In this document: piece after piece, positions 1-8,992 of the stretch
How the letters are laid out: each line of letters starts with the position of its first letter
How positions within the stretch are numbered: position 1 is the stretch's first letter
NCBI GenBank assembly: GCA_963725355.1
Contig: CAVRYE010000012.1
Coordinates: forward strand, 370,488 to 434,487
Direction: 5' to 3'
DNA from: an uncultured Acidimicrobiaceae bacterium
Lineage (GTDB): Bacteria; Actinomycetota; Acidimicrobiia; Acidimicrobiales; Bog-793
DNA length: 64,000 nucleotides
Position numbers and translations under genes: made by a program
Notes under the pieces: model-generated
Database searches by the model: none
What the model was told of the DNA's origin: nothing
The model's input: only the letters and a program-made list of their open reading frames with translations

Positions 1-554
1 TCGCCCTCGTCGGGATGGGTTGCCAGGCTTCGGCGCCGGCGGCCATGTCGGCGCGCAAGGCAGGCAAGGTCGCCCGCCGCTTTGTGCTCACGATCGGCTT
101 GTTGTGCTCTAAGACCTTCGACGACGCCATCTTCTCCGAGCTTTTCGAGGCGCGCTACGGCTTGTTGCGCGAGGACATCGTGAAGATGAACATCAAGGGA
201 ATCTTCCAGGTCTGGACCCGCGACGGCGAGCTGCACGAGATCCCCCTCAAGGAAGCTCACGAGTGGACCCGGGAAGGGTGCAAGCACTGTCCCGACTTCG
301 CCGCCGAGCATGCGGACATCTCAGCTGGTGGCATAGGGGCTTTTCCGAACTGGACCCTCACGATCGTCCGTACCGACAAGGGTCGCGATCTGATAGCGGC
401 GATGCAGGCCGACGGTGCCATCGAAGTGCGGTCCGCCTTCGACGAGGACCCGGACGCAGTGGCGCTGCTCCGCAAGCTTTCGAGGGTGAGCCGCCGCCGC
501 TGGCCTGAAGACGCCGAGTCGGCCCCTGGTCGGCTCCCCGTCCCCAGCGTCTGA
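1..554 (+). CDS. Coenzyme F420 hydrogenase/dehydrogenase beta-subunit family protein, C-terminal part (5' end outside window)
   Basis: ORF 15..554 stays open back to base 3 (ALVGMGCQ...). LVGxxCQ, GLLCSKTF and CKHCPDFAAEHADISAGG resemble the FrhB/FdhB C-terminal domain as I remember it. Confidence 0.6.
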   Translation, partial: ALVGMGCQASAPAAMSARKAGKVARRFVLTIGLLCSKTFDDAIFSELFEARYGLLREDIVKMNIKGIFQVWTRDGELHEIPLKEAHEWTREGCKHCPDFAAEHADISAGGIGAFPNWTLTIVRTDKGRDLIAAMQADGAIEVRSAFDEDPDAVALLRKLSRVSRRRWPEDAESAPGRLPVPSV

Positions 555-559
555 GGCCA

Positions 560-1270
560 CTAGGCGGAGAGTTCGCGGGCGCGTGCCAGCAGGTCGTCGA
601 ACATCTCGGCGCTGAGCAGTCCCGTGAAGACGTTGCGCTGGCTCGGGTGATACGAGCAAACCAGCACCCGGGGTAGGCCCTGTGGCGAAGGCGGCAGCTC
701 GACCTCGAGCCCGTGGGCAAAGCGCGGCCGTTTGAGCCTGCCTGCGCCTGTGCACTCGGGCAGCCGCCAGAGCGCCTCGTACGCGAACGCGCCAAGTGCC
801 AGCAGGACCCGGGTACCGCTCAGCACCTTGAGCTCCGAGGAGAGGTAGCCGGCGCACGTCTCACGCTCGAGCGGGGTCGGCTTGTTCTCCGGCGGGGCGC
901 ACCGGACAGCGGCTGTCACATAGGCACCTTCTAGTCTCAGCCCGTCGTCTGCCGACCTGCTCAGTGGCTGGTTGGCGTAACCGGCACGGTACAAAGCGGC
1001 GAAGAGAAAGTCTCCCGACCGGTCCCCGGTGAACATCCGCCCCGTGCGGTTGCCGCCGTGGGCGGCGGGGGCGAGGCCCACTAGGACGAGGCGGGCTTCA
1101 GGGTCGCCAAAGCCGGCAAGGGCGCGGCCCCAGTAGTGCTCGCCGACGTGCGACGCCGGCGGATTGGCAGCGGCTTGCTCCCGCCAGGCCACCAGCCTGG
1201 GACAACGTGCGCACCCCACAACTTCGCGACTTACCTGGTCGAGTATGCGGACGGCCGATCGCACAGCCAA
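560..1270 (-). CDS. Uracil-DNA glycosylase, family 5 (UdgB-like)
   Basis: 236-aa ORF. Motif A is GLAPAAHGGNRTG (family-5 pattern GLAPA..G.NRTG) and motif B is YHPSQRN. N-terminal CxxC (GCARCPRL) is typical of Fe-S UDGs. Confidence 0.8.
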   Translation of the reverse strand: MAVRSAVRILDQVSREVVGCARCPRLVAWREQAAANPPASHVGEHYWGRALAGFGDPEARLVLVGLAPAAHGGNRTGRMFTGDRSGDFLFAALYRAGYANQPLSRSADDGLRLEGAYVTAAVRCAPPENKPTPLERETCAGYLSSELKVLSGTRVLLALGAFAYEALWRLPECTGAGRLKRPRFAHGLEVELPPSPQGLPRVLVCSYHPSQRNVFTGLLSAEMFDDLLARARELSA

Positions 1271-1279
1271 AAGGCTACG

Positions 1280-1948
1280 GTGTCAGTCGTGCCGTCATCT
1301 CGCCGCAAACAGACCCGCCCTACCGCGGTTTGCTTCGTGCGCCATGGCACGACGGCGACGACGGGCAAGGTGCTGCCGGGCCGAGCACGAGGGCTTCATC
1401 TGTCGGACCAGGGCCGCGACGAGGCAGCCAAGGTGGGCGAGGCACTTTCATCCCTCACTGTTTCGGCCGTCTACTCCTCTCCGCTGGAGCGCACCCGCGA
1501 GACCGCCCAGGCAATCTCCACCCGCGTGGGCAGGCCAGTTCTGACCGAGCGTGGTCTTCTCGAGTGCGACTTCGGGACCTGGACAGGAGAGTCGCTCGCC
1601 CAGCTGCGCAAGTTGCCCGAATGGCAGACGGTGCAACGCTGGCCATCGGGTTTCCGCTTCCCCGGGGGCGAGTCGTTCGTCGAGTTGCAGTCGCGCATGT
1701 GCGACACCGTGGCGCGGATCTGCACCTCTCATCCCGGCGAGATCGTCGTGGCTGTCTCACACGCCGATTGCATCAAAGTCGTGCTGGCGAGCGTCCTCGG
1801 TGTGCCCCTCGACCTATTCCAGCGCATCGTGGTCGCCCCATGTTCGATCTCCACTGTCGTGTACGGCCCCGAGGCTCCGGCCGTGGTCGCGATGGGCGCA
1901 ACCAGCAGCCCGGCTGGCTTGCTGCCAAGCAGGGAGATGAACCGATGA
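1280..1948 (+). CDS. Histidine phosphatase family protein (MSMEG_4193-type putative phosphomutase)
   Basis: In ORF 1136..1948. I chose GTG 1280 because the upstream part overlaps the divergent UDG gene. Catalytic RHG motif (CFVRHGTT) and SSPLERTRETA are present. The stop overlaps the next start (ATGA). Confidence 0.75.
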   Translation: MSVVPSSRRKQTRPTAVCFVRHGTTATTGKVLPGRARGLHLSDQGRDEAAKVGEALSSLTVSAVYSSPLERTRETAQAISTRVGRPVLTERGLLECDFGTWTGESLAQLRKLPEWQTVQRWPSGFRFPGGESFVELQSRMCDTVARICTSHPGEIVVAVSHADCIKVVLASVLGVPLDLFQRIVVAPCSISTVVYGPEAPAVVAMGATSSPAGLLPSREMNR

Positions 1949-2517
1949 CTGAGGAGTACGAGCTCGCCAACCCCGATCGGGTGACGGTCGGGACAGTCGG
2001 CCCGGTCGGAGAGCGGGTGTTCCTCCTCCAGGTGCGCGAGGGCGTGTTGCTGAAGACGCTGAAGCTGGAGAAGGCACAAGTGTCCGCGTTGGCGCGTTTC
2101 CTTGGCCGAATGCTGGCTGAGCTCGCGCGGCCCGGGGAGCTGCCTACCGGCGCCGAGCTCGCCCTCGAGCCGTTCGGGGAGCCTGATTTCGTGGTCCGCT
2201 CCCTCGGCGTCAGCTACGACGAGGAGCTGGACCGGATCATCCTCGTCGCCGAGGAGATAGACCGCACCGAGCCCGAGGAGGAGGCGGAGGAGCTTTTCGG
2301 CCTCGCCGAGGACATCGAGCTCGAGGACGAGGAAGAGGACGACGCCGGGGCAAGCGTGCGGGTGTCGATCACCAGAGAGCAGGCCGCAGCTCTGGCCATT
2401 CGCGGGACCGAGCTCGTCGAAGCGGGCCGGCCCCCATGCCCGCTGTGCGGGTACCCGCTCGACGCGAGAGGCCATGTGTGCCCGAGGACGAACGGCCACC
2501 GCCCGCCTCTGACCTGA
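1945..2517 (+). CDS. DUF3090-family protein
   Basis: Last 190 codons of ORF 1207..2517, starting at ATG 1945 (ATGA coupling). N-terminus is MTEEYELANPDRVTVGTVGPVGERVFLLQ. There is an acidic block and a C-terminal CPLCGYPLD..GHVCPRTNGH zinc-ribbon-like motif. Confidence 0.7.
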   Translation: MTEEYELANPDRVTVGTVGPVGERVFLLQVREGVLLKTLKLEKAQVSALARFLGRMLAELARPGELPTGAELALEPFGEPDFVVRSLGVSYDEELDRIILVAEEIDRTEPEEEAEELFGLAEDIELEDEEEDDAGASVRVSITREQAAALAIRGTELVEAGRPPCPLCGYPLDARGHVCPRTNGHRPPLT

Positions 2518-3218
2518 ACGCCGCCGGCTGGCTCGAGCTGCTGGCACAGGGGGAGATCGAGATTCTCGGCCGCTTGCCGTGGAGCTCGAACTACTCCTTT
2601 CTTGCCGCGGTGCGTCTTGGCGATACAGACGAGCGCGCCGTCTACAAGCCCGGGAGTGGGGAGCGGCCGCTTTGGGACTACCCGGGAGGACTGTTCCGCC
2701 GCGAGGTCGCCGCCTACGAGCTCTCGGCGAGCCTGGGTCTCGACGTCGTGCCTGAGACGGTGCTGCGCCTCGACGGCCCCCACGGGGAGGGATCGGTGCA
2801 GCGCTTTGTCGACGCGGATTTCGCCGAGCACTACTTCACCTTGTTGAACGAGCCCATCTACCATCCGCAGCTGCGCCGGATTGCCGGATTCGACCTGCTG
2901 GTCAACAACGGCGATCGCAAGGGCGGCCATCTTCTCAAAGACTTGGACGGCCGGCTCTGGGGCATCGACCACGGGCTGTGCTTCCATGTGGAGGCCAAGC
3001 TCAGAACGGTGATGTGGGACTTCGCCGGCGAGGAGCTGCCGTCTGAGGTTCTGCTCGGCTGCGAGACCGTGGCCGAGGCGATACCCGAGTCCGTAGCTAG
3101 CCTGCTCGAGGACGACGAGCGCCAGGCTCTGCGACGCCGATCAGTCTCGCTCTTGCGAAAGCGGCGGTTTCCCGCCCCTCGTGACGACTACAGGGCCTAT
3201 CCCTGGCCGCTCGTCTAA
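2436..3218 (+). CDS. SCO1664-family protein (PI3/PI4-kinase-like fold, uncharacterised)
   Basis: 260-aa ORF with GEIEILGRLPWSSNYSFLA, NNGDRKGGHLL and IDHGLCFH (kinase-like catalytic and DxG patterns). The start is uncertain: ATG 2436 overlaps DUF3090 by 82 nt, and GTG 2478 is an alternative. Confidence 0.65.
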   Translation: MPAVRVPARRERPCVPEDERPPPASDLNAAGWLELLAQGEIEILGRLPWSSNYSFLAAVRLGDTDERAVYKPGSGERPLWDYPGGLFRREVAAYELSASLGLDVVPETVLRLDGPHGEGSVQRFVDADFAEHYFTLLNEPIYHPQLRRIAGFDLLVNNGDRKGGHLLKDLDGRLWGIDHGLCFHVEAKLRTVMWDFAGEELPSEVLLGCETVAEAIPESVASLLEDDERQALRRRSVSLLRKRRFPAPRDDYRAYPWPLV

Positions 3219-3342
3219 GTCCTGCCGGCCTTTCCGGGCGAGCCGTTCTCACTGCGTAGGGCTCCTCGCCCGAGAGGCACCGCTCGAGCATCGTCGGCAG
3301 TACTGCTGTCGGCTGGCAAGCTTGAAGGCCGGGAGGTCGGCG

Positions 3343-4374
3343 ATGTCACCAGGAACAAATGTCACTGAGGGCGAATCCTCCGGCGCTCGTGCGCGCGTCT
3401 CGATCATCCTGCCAGTGTTCAACGAGGAGGCGCAGCTGGAGCGATGTCTTCGTGCTGTCGCAGAGCAGAGCTATCCCGTGGCAGAGGTTGTCGTCGCCGA
3501 CGGCGGGTCCACCGACGAGACGAGGACTCTTGCTGCCTCGTTCGTTGGCGTCCGAGTCGTCGATAACCCTAGGGGGATACGGCCGGCGGGCTTGAACGCG
3601 GCCATCGCCGAGGCCACTGGCGATGTCATAGTGCGCGTCGATGCCCGCACTGCGCTAGCGCCGGACTACGTCGAACGCTGCGTTCTCGCTCTCGAACGCT
3701 CGGGCGCAGCCATCGTCGGCGGGCAAATGCGATACGAAGCCCATGACGCCCGCCAGCGCGGCATCGTGGCTGCGATGACGTCGCGCCTCGGTGCCGGGCC
3801 GGCGGCCTTCCGTCGCCAGGGAGGCGAGGCGCGTTTTGTCGACACTGTCTATCTAGGGGCCTATCGGGCCGTCACGATCCGCGAGATGGGCGGCTACGAC
3901 GAATGGTCCGGTGGGAACGAAGACGCCGAGCTCGCATGGCGTGCCCGCGACTACGGGGGCGTCTACCTCGACCCGTCGATCAAGTCCCTATACCTCGGGC
4001 GCGAGGGGCTTCAAGCATTAGCGCGCCAGTTCTACCGCTACGGCCATAACCGCGCCCGCACGATCCGCAAGCACCCAGGTTCGATCTCGTACCGTCAGTT
4101 GGCCGTCCCCCTTCTGTTTGCCGGCCTCCTCAGCCCGTGGCGTCGCAAGGTGCTCACTGCCTATGTCGTCGTCATCTTTGCCCGAGGAGCGCTCGAGCTC
4201 ATCGAGGACCCGGCGACGGTACCGATCCTGCTCGCCTCATTTCCCACCATGCACGCCGCTTGGGGGCTCGGCTTCGCCCGCGGCATTATCAAACGCCCCG
4301 GGCCAGGAGAGCCACCCGCCGGGTCGGCATCCTCAGGTCAATGGGTTCCTCGGCAAAGTGACCCACGCCGCTAA
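3343..4374 (+). CDS. Glycosyltransferase family 2 (ExoA-like)
   Basis: ATG 3343 is preceded by GGGAGG. RVSIILPVFNEEAQLERCL...VVVADGGSTDET is a classic GT2 N-terminus. The C-terminus has hydrophobic segments. The ORF track start at 3181 is probably too long. Confidence 0.8.
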   Translation: MSPGTNVTEGESSGARARVSIILPVFNEEAQLERCLRAVAEQSYPVAEVVVADGGSTDETRTLAASFVGVRVVDNPRGIRPAGLNAAIAEATGDVIVRVDARTALAPDYVERCVLALERSGAAIVGGQMRYEAHDARQRGIVAAMTSRLGAGPAAFRRQGGEARFVDTVYLGAYRAVTIREMGGYDEWSGGNEDAELAWRARDYGGVYLDPSIKSLYLGREGLQALARQFYRYGHNRARTIRKHPGSISYRQLAVPLLFAGLLSPWRRKVLTAYVVVIFARGALELIEDPATVPILLASFPTMHAAWGLGFARGIIKRPGPGEPPAGSASSGQWVPRQSDPRR

Positions 4375-4407
4375 GCTCAAGCCGGCAATGACTGCGTCGA
4401 AGCCACG

Positions 4408-5211
4408 GTGTCTGCTGGCGCCGCTCCGGAAGGGGTCACAGTGCGCGTCGTAGTCCTCGCAGGCGGACTTGGCTCGAGACTGCAGGAAGAGACCGAAACG
4501 CGGCCCAAGCCGATGGTCGAGATCGGTGGCCGGCCTATCTTGTGGCACATCATGAAGCTCTACAGCGCGTTCGGCATGTCGCATTTCGTGGTCGCTCTCG
4601 GTTACAAGGGCGAGGTCATCAAGTCGTACTTCCTCAACTACAGGAACCACGCCTCCGACCTTTCCGTCGACATCCATTCCGGAGAGATCAAGCTGCTCGG
4701 TTCGACCGCCGAGGACTGGACAGTCGATCTAATCGACACCGGCTATGCCACCAACACGGGCGGTCGCGTGCGGCGGCTGGCCGAACACCTTCCCGACGAC
4801 AGCTTCTGTCTCTCCTATGGTGACTGCCTCACCAATGCGGACCTCCGCAAAGCCGTCGAATTCCACCGCGAACACGGCCGCCTCGTGACCTTGATGGCCG
4901 TCCGCCCGCCGGCTCGTTTCGGCTGGGTCGAGCTCGATGGCAGCTCAGTCACCGCCTTTGTCGAGAAACCCGAGGTGGGGGAGGGCTGGATCAACGGCGG
5001 CTTCATGGTTTTGCGCCGGGAGGTATTGGAACGTATCGAGTCGGACGAGCAGAGCTTGGAGCTCGACGTGCTCGCCCCCCTTGCGGCCGAGGGCGAGGTT
5101 ATGGCCATGACCCACACCGACTTCTGGCATCCCATGGACACCTTGCGAGACGTGAGAGTGCTGCGGTCGCTCTGGGAGGAGGGAGCCGCCCAATGGCAAC
5201 TGTGGGAGTAG
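4408..5211 (+). CDS. rfbF: Glucose-1-phosphate cytidylyltransferase
   Basis: VVVLAGGLGSRLQEETETRPKPMVEIGGRPILWHIMKLYSAFG... matches the RfbF signature. An alternative start at GTG 4441 (after GAAGGGG) is equally plausible. Confidence 0.85.
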   Translation: MSAGAAPEGVTVRVVVLAGGLGSRLQEETETRPKPMVEIGGRPILWHIMKLYSAFGMSHFVVALGYKGEVIKSYFLNYRNHASDLSVDIHSGEIKLLGSTAEDWTVDLIDTGYATNTGGRVRRLAEHLPDDSFCLSYGDCLTNADLRKAVEFHREHGRLVTLMAVRPPARFGWVELDGSSVTAFVEKPEVGEGWINGGFMVLRREVLERIESDEQSLELDVLAPLAAEGEVMAMTHTDFWHPMDTLRDVRVLRSLWEEGAAQWQLWE

Positions 5212-6176
5212 ACCCGGCCTGGTACCAGCGCCGCGTGCTTGTGACCGGGGCCACGGGCCTGCTGGGTGGGTGGATGGTGCGGGCGCTCCTCGAGCGCGGG
5301 GCGGACGTCGTTGCGATAGTGCGCGACTCGGTCCCGGGTACATTCCTCGAGGTCGAAGATCTCCGTTGCCGCATTGCCGTTTGCAGGGGCAGCGTCACGG
5401 ACTTTGCGCTTGTGGCGAGAGTGCTCGCCGAGTACGAGGTCCAGACGGTCTTCCATCTGGCCGCGGAGACGATCGTCCCGATCGCGAATTTGAGCCCGAT
5501 GTCCACCTTCGAGACAAATATCGCCGGTACGTGGACGGTTCTCGAGGCCGCACGCCTGGGTGGGTTCAACCCAGAGGTTGTCGTCGCCTCGTCGGACAAG
5601 GCTTACGGGCCGAGCGAGCTGCTTCCCTATAGGGAGCACTACCCCCTGCATGGGCGCAGCCCATATGACGTGAGCAAGAGCTGTGCCGATCTCATCGCCC
5701 AGACATACGCGACCACATGGTCCACCAACGTTTGTGTGGCGCGGTGCGGCAACCTCTTCGGCGGAGGCGACCGCAATTTCAACCGACTCGTCCCCGGTGT
5801 CATACGAGACGTGCTCAACGGGCGCAGGCCAGTGCTTCGTTCCGACGGGACCCCCGTGCGGGACTACATATACGCCGAGGACGCTGCTCATGCCTATCTG
5901 CTGCTTGCCTCAGCGATGCGGGCTGACAGCACCCTTCGCGGAACGCCGTTTAACTTCTCCCTCGAGGCGCCAAAGAGCGCCCTTGAGGTCGTGCGGTTGA
6001 TCCTGGAGGTAACGGGTTCCGACCTCGCGCCGGACATCCAGGCCTATGCCAGTGGGGAGCTGGCAGAGCAGTACCTGGACGCGTCGGCGGCCCACGCCCG
6101 GCTCGGTTGGCAGGCAGAGGTGACCATGGCGGAAGGAATGGAGAAAACCGTGGCCTGGTACAAGGCTCATGGCTGA
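5193..6176 (+). CDS. rfbG: CDP-glucose 4,6-dehydratase-like NAD-dependent dehydratase
   Basis: Rossmann VLVTGATGLLGGW, SSDKAYG and catalytic YDVSKSCADL (YxxxK). It lies directly after rfbF and overlaps it by 19 nt. Confidence 0.7.
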   Translation: MATVGVDPAWYQRRVLVTGATGLLGGWMVRALLERGADVVAIVRDSVPGTFLEVEDLRCRIAVCRGSVTDFALVARVLAEYEVQTVFHLAAETIVPIANLSPMSTFETNIAGTWTVLEAARLGGFNPEVVVASSDKAYGPSELLPYREHYPLHGRSPYDVSKSCADLIAQTYATTWSTNVCVARCGNLFGGGDRNFNRLVPGVIRDVLNGRRPVLRSDGTPVRDYIYAEDAAHAYLLLASAMRADSTLRGTPFNFSLEAPKSALEVVRLILEVTGSDLAPDIQAYASGELAEQYLDASAAHARLGWQAEVTMAEGMEKTVAWYKAHG

Positions 6177-7443
6177 GTCCGACTTCGTCCTGGCGCGTGC
6201 CTGCCGGATCTGCGGGTCGGACTTGTTCCCGATCCTGGACATGGGCCGCCAGCCTCTCGCTAACGCCCTTGTGAGCTTCCCAAGCGACTCTGTGGCCTAC
6301 TTCCCTCTGGCGGTTGTCGGATGCGCGGGGTGCGGGGTCATGCAACTGAGTGGGACCGTCGATCCCCACCTCATGTTCGACGACTACCTGTACTTCTCGT
6401 CATATTCCGAGTCAATGGTGAGCGCCATGGGTCAACTTGCGAGGAGCACGGTTGCCCGCTTCGGCCTCGGACCAGGCGACCTTGTCATGGAGATCGCGAG
6501 CAACGACGGCTACCTCCTCCGTCACTACCTTCAAATGGGAGTCCCTGTTCTCGGGGTGGAGCCGGCAGCGAACGTCGCCCGCGTGGCTCAAGCGGCCGGG
6601 ATCGAGACCCGCGTGGAGTACTTCACCAGCGAGCTCGCGGCGCAGCTGGCGGGCGAGGGTCACAGACCGCGGGTGATACACGCCAACAATGTCCTCGCCC
6701 ACGTACCGCAGATCCATGACTTGGTAGAGGCGATGGCGGTCGTGCTCGCTGACGACGGCGTCGTCATCGTGGAAACGCCCTCCTTGATAGACCTGATCGA
6801 CCGTGCCCTGTTTGAGACCATCTACCACGAGCACGTCTTCTACTACTCGTTGTCCGCCTTGACGTACCTGTTTCGTGAGCACGGCCTCTCGATCCAAGAT
6901 TGCGAGCGCCTCGATGTGCACGGCGGGTCCTTGCGCGTGACCGCCCGTAAGGGCGTCGGTATCAGGGCCACTTCCCGCGCCGAGGCGGCTCTCGCGGCAG
7001 AGGCCTCACGATCGCTGCAGTCATCGGCGGCCTACGGTCGCTTTGTGACTGAGGTCTTAGAACAGCGGGCCGAGGTCATCGACCAGTTTGCGCAGGTGCG
7101 GGCCTCCGGCAGGGAACTGGCCGGCTATGGCGCGGCTGCCAAGGCCACCGTCCTGCTCAACTTCACCGGCATCGATCACGGCACCATCGACTACGTCGTG
7201 GACCGGAACCCGGCCAAGCAGTCTCGCATCATCCCTGGGACGGGCATCCCGGTGAGGTCGCCCGAGCACCTGCGCGAGCACCGCCCCGACGTTCTCGCCG
7301 TGTTGGTGTGGAACCTCGCCGACGAGGTGCGTTCCCAGCTCCGCTGGTTCACCGACTCCGGCGGAGAGCTGATCGTGCCGCTCGAGGAAAGGAGGGCAGG
7401 TGATCGAAGGCCTTCAGGTCATTCCGCTCCGTCGCATCCCTGA
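6169..7443 (+). CDS. NDP-hexose C-methyltransferase (class I SAM MTase with N-terminal Zn-ribbon and C-terminal C-MTase domain)
   Basis: CRICGSDLFPILDMGRQPLANAL zinc-binding N-domain. SAM motif VMEIASNDGYLL. The long C-terminal domain is typical of TylC3-like sugar C-methyltransferases. Confidence 0.75.
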   Translation: MAESDFVLARACRICGSDLFPILDMGRQPLANALVSFPSDSVAYFPLAVVGCAGCGVMQLSGTVDPHLMFDDYLYFSSYSESMVSAMGQLARSTVARFGLGPGDLVMEIASNDGYLLRHYLQMGVPVLGVEPAANVARVAQAAGIETRVEYFTSELAAQLAGEGHRPRVIHANNVLAHVPQIHDLVEAMAVVLADDGVVIVETPSLIDLIDRALFETIYHEHVFYYSLSALTYLFREHGLSIQDCERLDVHGGSLRVTARKGVGIRATSRAEAALAAEASRSLQSSAAYGRFVTEVLEQRAEVIDQFAQVRASGRELAGYGAAAKATVLLNFTGIDHGTIDYVVDRNPAKQSRIIPGTGIPVRSPEHLREHRPDVLAVLVWNLADEVRSQLRWFTDSGGELIVPLEERRAGDRRPSGHSAPSHP

Positions 7444-7846
7444 CGAGCGGGGGACCGTTTTCCACATGCTCCGGGCGAGCGACCCGCACTTTAGCGCCTT
7501 CGGCGAGATCTACTTCAGCTCTGTCTACCGCGACGCCATCAAAGGTTGGCATCGGCACAGGGACATGACTCTCAACTACGCCTGCATTTGGGGCCGGGTG
7601 AAACTCGTGGTTTTCGACGATCGTGAGGACTCACCGAGCCGTGGCGAGCTGCAGGAGGTTTACCTCGGCCCGGACGACTACTCGCTCGCAGTCATTCCGC
7701 CAGGGCTTTGGAACGGCTTCAAGGGCATGGCCGAAATGTCAGTCATGGCGAACTGTTGCACCCATGAGCACGACCCGAGCCGGAGCGAACGAGTCGACCC
7801 TCACTCGGGCGCAATTGCTTATGACTGGTCCCGTCTCGACCAATAA
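7400..7846 (+). CDS. RmlC-like cupin, NDP-4-keto-6-deoxyhexose epimerase/isomerase family
   Basis: GTG 7400 follows AGGAAAGGAGGG. IPDERGTVFHML...KGWHRH...VIPPGLWNGF fits the pattern of short 3,5-epimerase-like cupins. Confidence 0.65.
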   Translation: MIEGLQVIPLRRIPDERGTVFHMLRASDPHFSAFGEIYFSSVYRDAIKGWHRHRDMTLNYACIWGRVKLVVFDDREDSPSRGELQEVYLGPDDYSLAVIPPGLWNGFKGMAEMSVMANCCTHEHDPSRSERVDPHSGAIAYDWSRLDQ

Positions 7847-7901
7847 CCCGGTCCCGGAGCTGGACCGCCGACGGTCAATGCACGAGAGGATCCGCCTCGG
7901 T

Positions 7902-8744
7902 TCAAGCGCCCTGGTCACGGTCGACATCGCCGACGATCCGCGCGGCTATGTCGGCCGTGGAGAAGGCGGGAGACCACAAAGGGGCTGCCGCCAGCAAGCG
8001 GCTCGGATCACCGACCACGTGCATCGGGTCGATAGGTCCGTAGGGGCGAATCCCGAACTGGAGCAGCGTCGGGTCTGCCTGTGCCACTTCGGCAAGAAGT
8101 AGCAGGAAGCTCTTCAGGACGACAGCTTCCCCGCGACAGATATTGAAGACTCCGACTTGACGGCCGCGGGAGAGGGCGAGCAGGGCCCGCGCGGTGTCGT
8201 CGACATCGATGAGATCTCTCACCTGGTCCCCCGGGGAAAGTGCCATCGGCCGCCCCGCCGTCAGGGACCGGACCACAGACGGCATGAGACGGTTCTTCGC
8301 CTCTCCGGGGCCGACGATGCCAAAAAGGCGAGTCCAGGCAAAGGGGATGGCAAACTCGTCCAAGTACCGGTGAAGCCTCATCTTGAACTCTGCATAGGGT
8401 GAGTCGGCCCGAAGGGGCGCATCCTCGCCCAATATGCCTTCGGACTCGTCGTATTCAGCGCAGCTGCCGGCAACGACGAGGTGACCGCAGCCACGCTCGG
8501 AGAGCACTTCGACAAGCTCGAGCGAGGCATCGAAGCTCGCCTGGTTGGAGGACGGACTCGTCAGATAATCGTCAGTTGATGCCGTCCAGGCGAGATGGAT
8601 GCAAGCGTCGACCCTGGACGGGAGAAGGCGGCGGAGATGTCGTGCGCCTTCCCAGCGGTGTTCGATCGCGACCACTTCATCATCTGCCAAGTGATCGACC
8701 CTCCGTCCAATGAAGCCGGAAGCACCAGACACAACGACGGTCAT
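7902..8744 (-). CDS. NAD-dependent epimerase/dehydratase family protein (probable NDP-4-ketosugar reductase)
   Basis: ORF 7902..8780. The internal ATG 8744 gives MTVVVSGASGFIGRRV (Rossmann). PYAEFK supplies YxxxK. Confidence 0.7.
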   Translation of the reverse strand: MTVVVSGASGFIGRRVDHLADDEVVAIEHRWEGARHLRRLLPSRVDACIHLAWTASTDDYLTSPSSNQASFDASLELVEVLSERGCGHLVVAGSCAEYDESEGILGEDAPLRADSPYAEFKMRLHRYLDEFAIPFAWTRLFGIVGPGEAKNRLMPSVVRSLTAGRPMALSPGDQVRDLIDVDDTARALLALSRGRQVGVFNICRGEAVVLKSFLLLLAEVAQADPTLLQFGIRPYGPIDPMHVVGDPSRLLAAAPLWSPAFSTADIAARIVGDVDRDQGA

Positions 8745-8992
8745 TCGGGTCGTTCCGAAACGTACTTCGACATGGCCCATACGAGCGACCTAGGCCGCGG
8801 CCTCTGCTGAGGGCGAGCCGGGTTTGTCATCGGTTCGTGACCACTCCCGCCGATACGCCAAGCACGCGCACGAGTGGCACCGTCGAGGTCGCAATCATCC
8901 CATGGAGAGCAAAAGTGCCCGCTGATCACGCGGAGCACCGGCTCGGGCGACTCGTCCCCGACGAGCTTGACCGCCGCGCCTGCGTGCTGGCG

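Noticed and set aside
1207-2517. A 436-aa ORF on the + strand.
   Set aside because: It is a high-GC read-through artefact. Its first 246 codons are an alternative frame of the histidine phosphatase gene (Arg/Pro/Gly-rich nonsense). Only the last 190 codons (the DUF3090 protein, from ATG 1945) look real.
1729-2987. Long minus-strand ORFs 1729..2547 (272 aa) and 2214..2987 (257 aa).
   Set aside because: They are antisense to well-supported DUF3090 and SCO1664 genes. Their Ser/Arg/Ala-rich low-complexity composition is typical of antisense frames in GC-rich DNA.
4815-5891. A 358-aa minus-strand ORF.
   Set aside because: It is antisense to rfbF/rfbG, has no recognisable motifs, and shows skewed composition.
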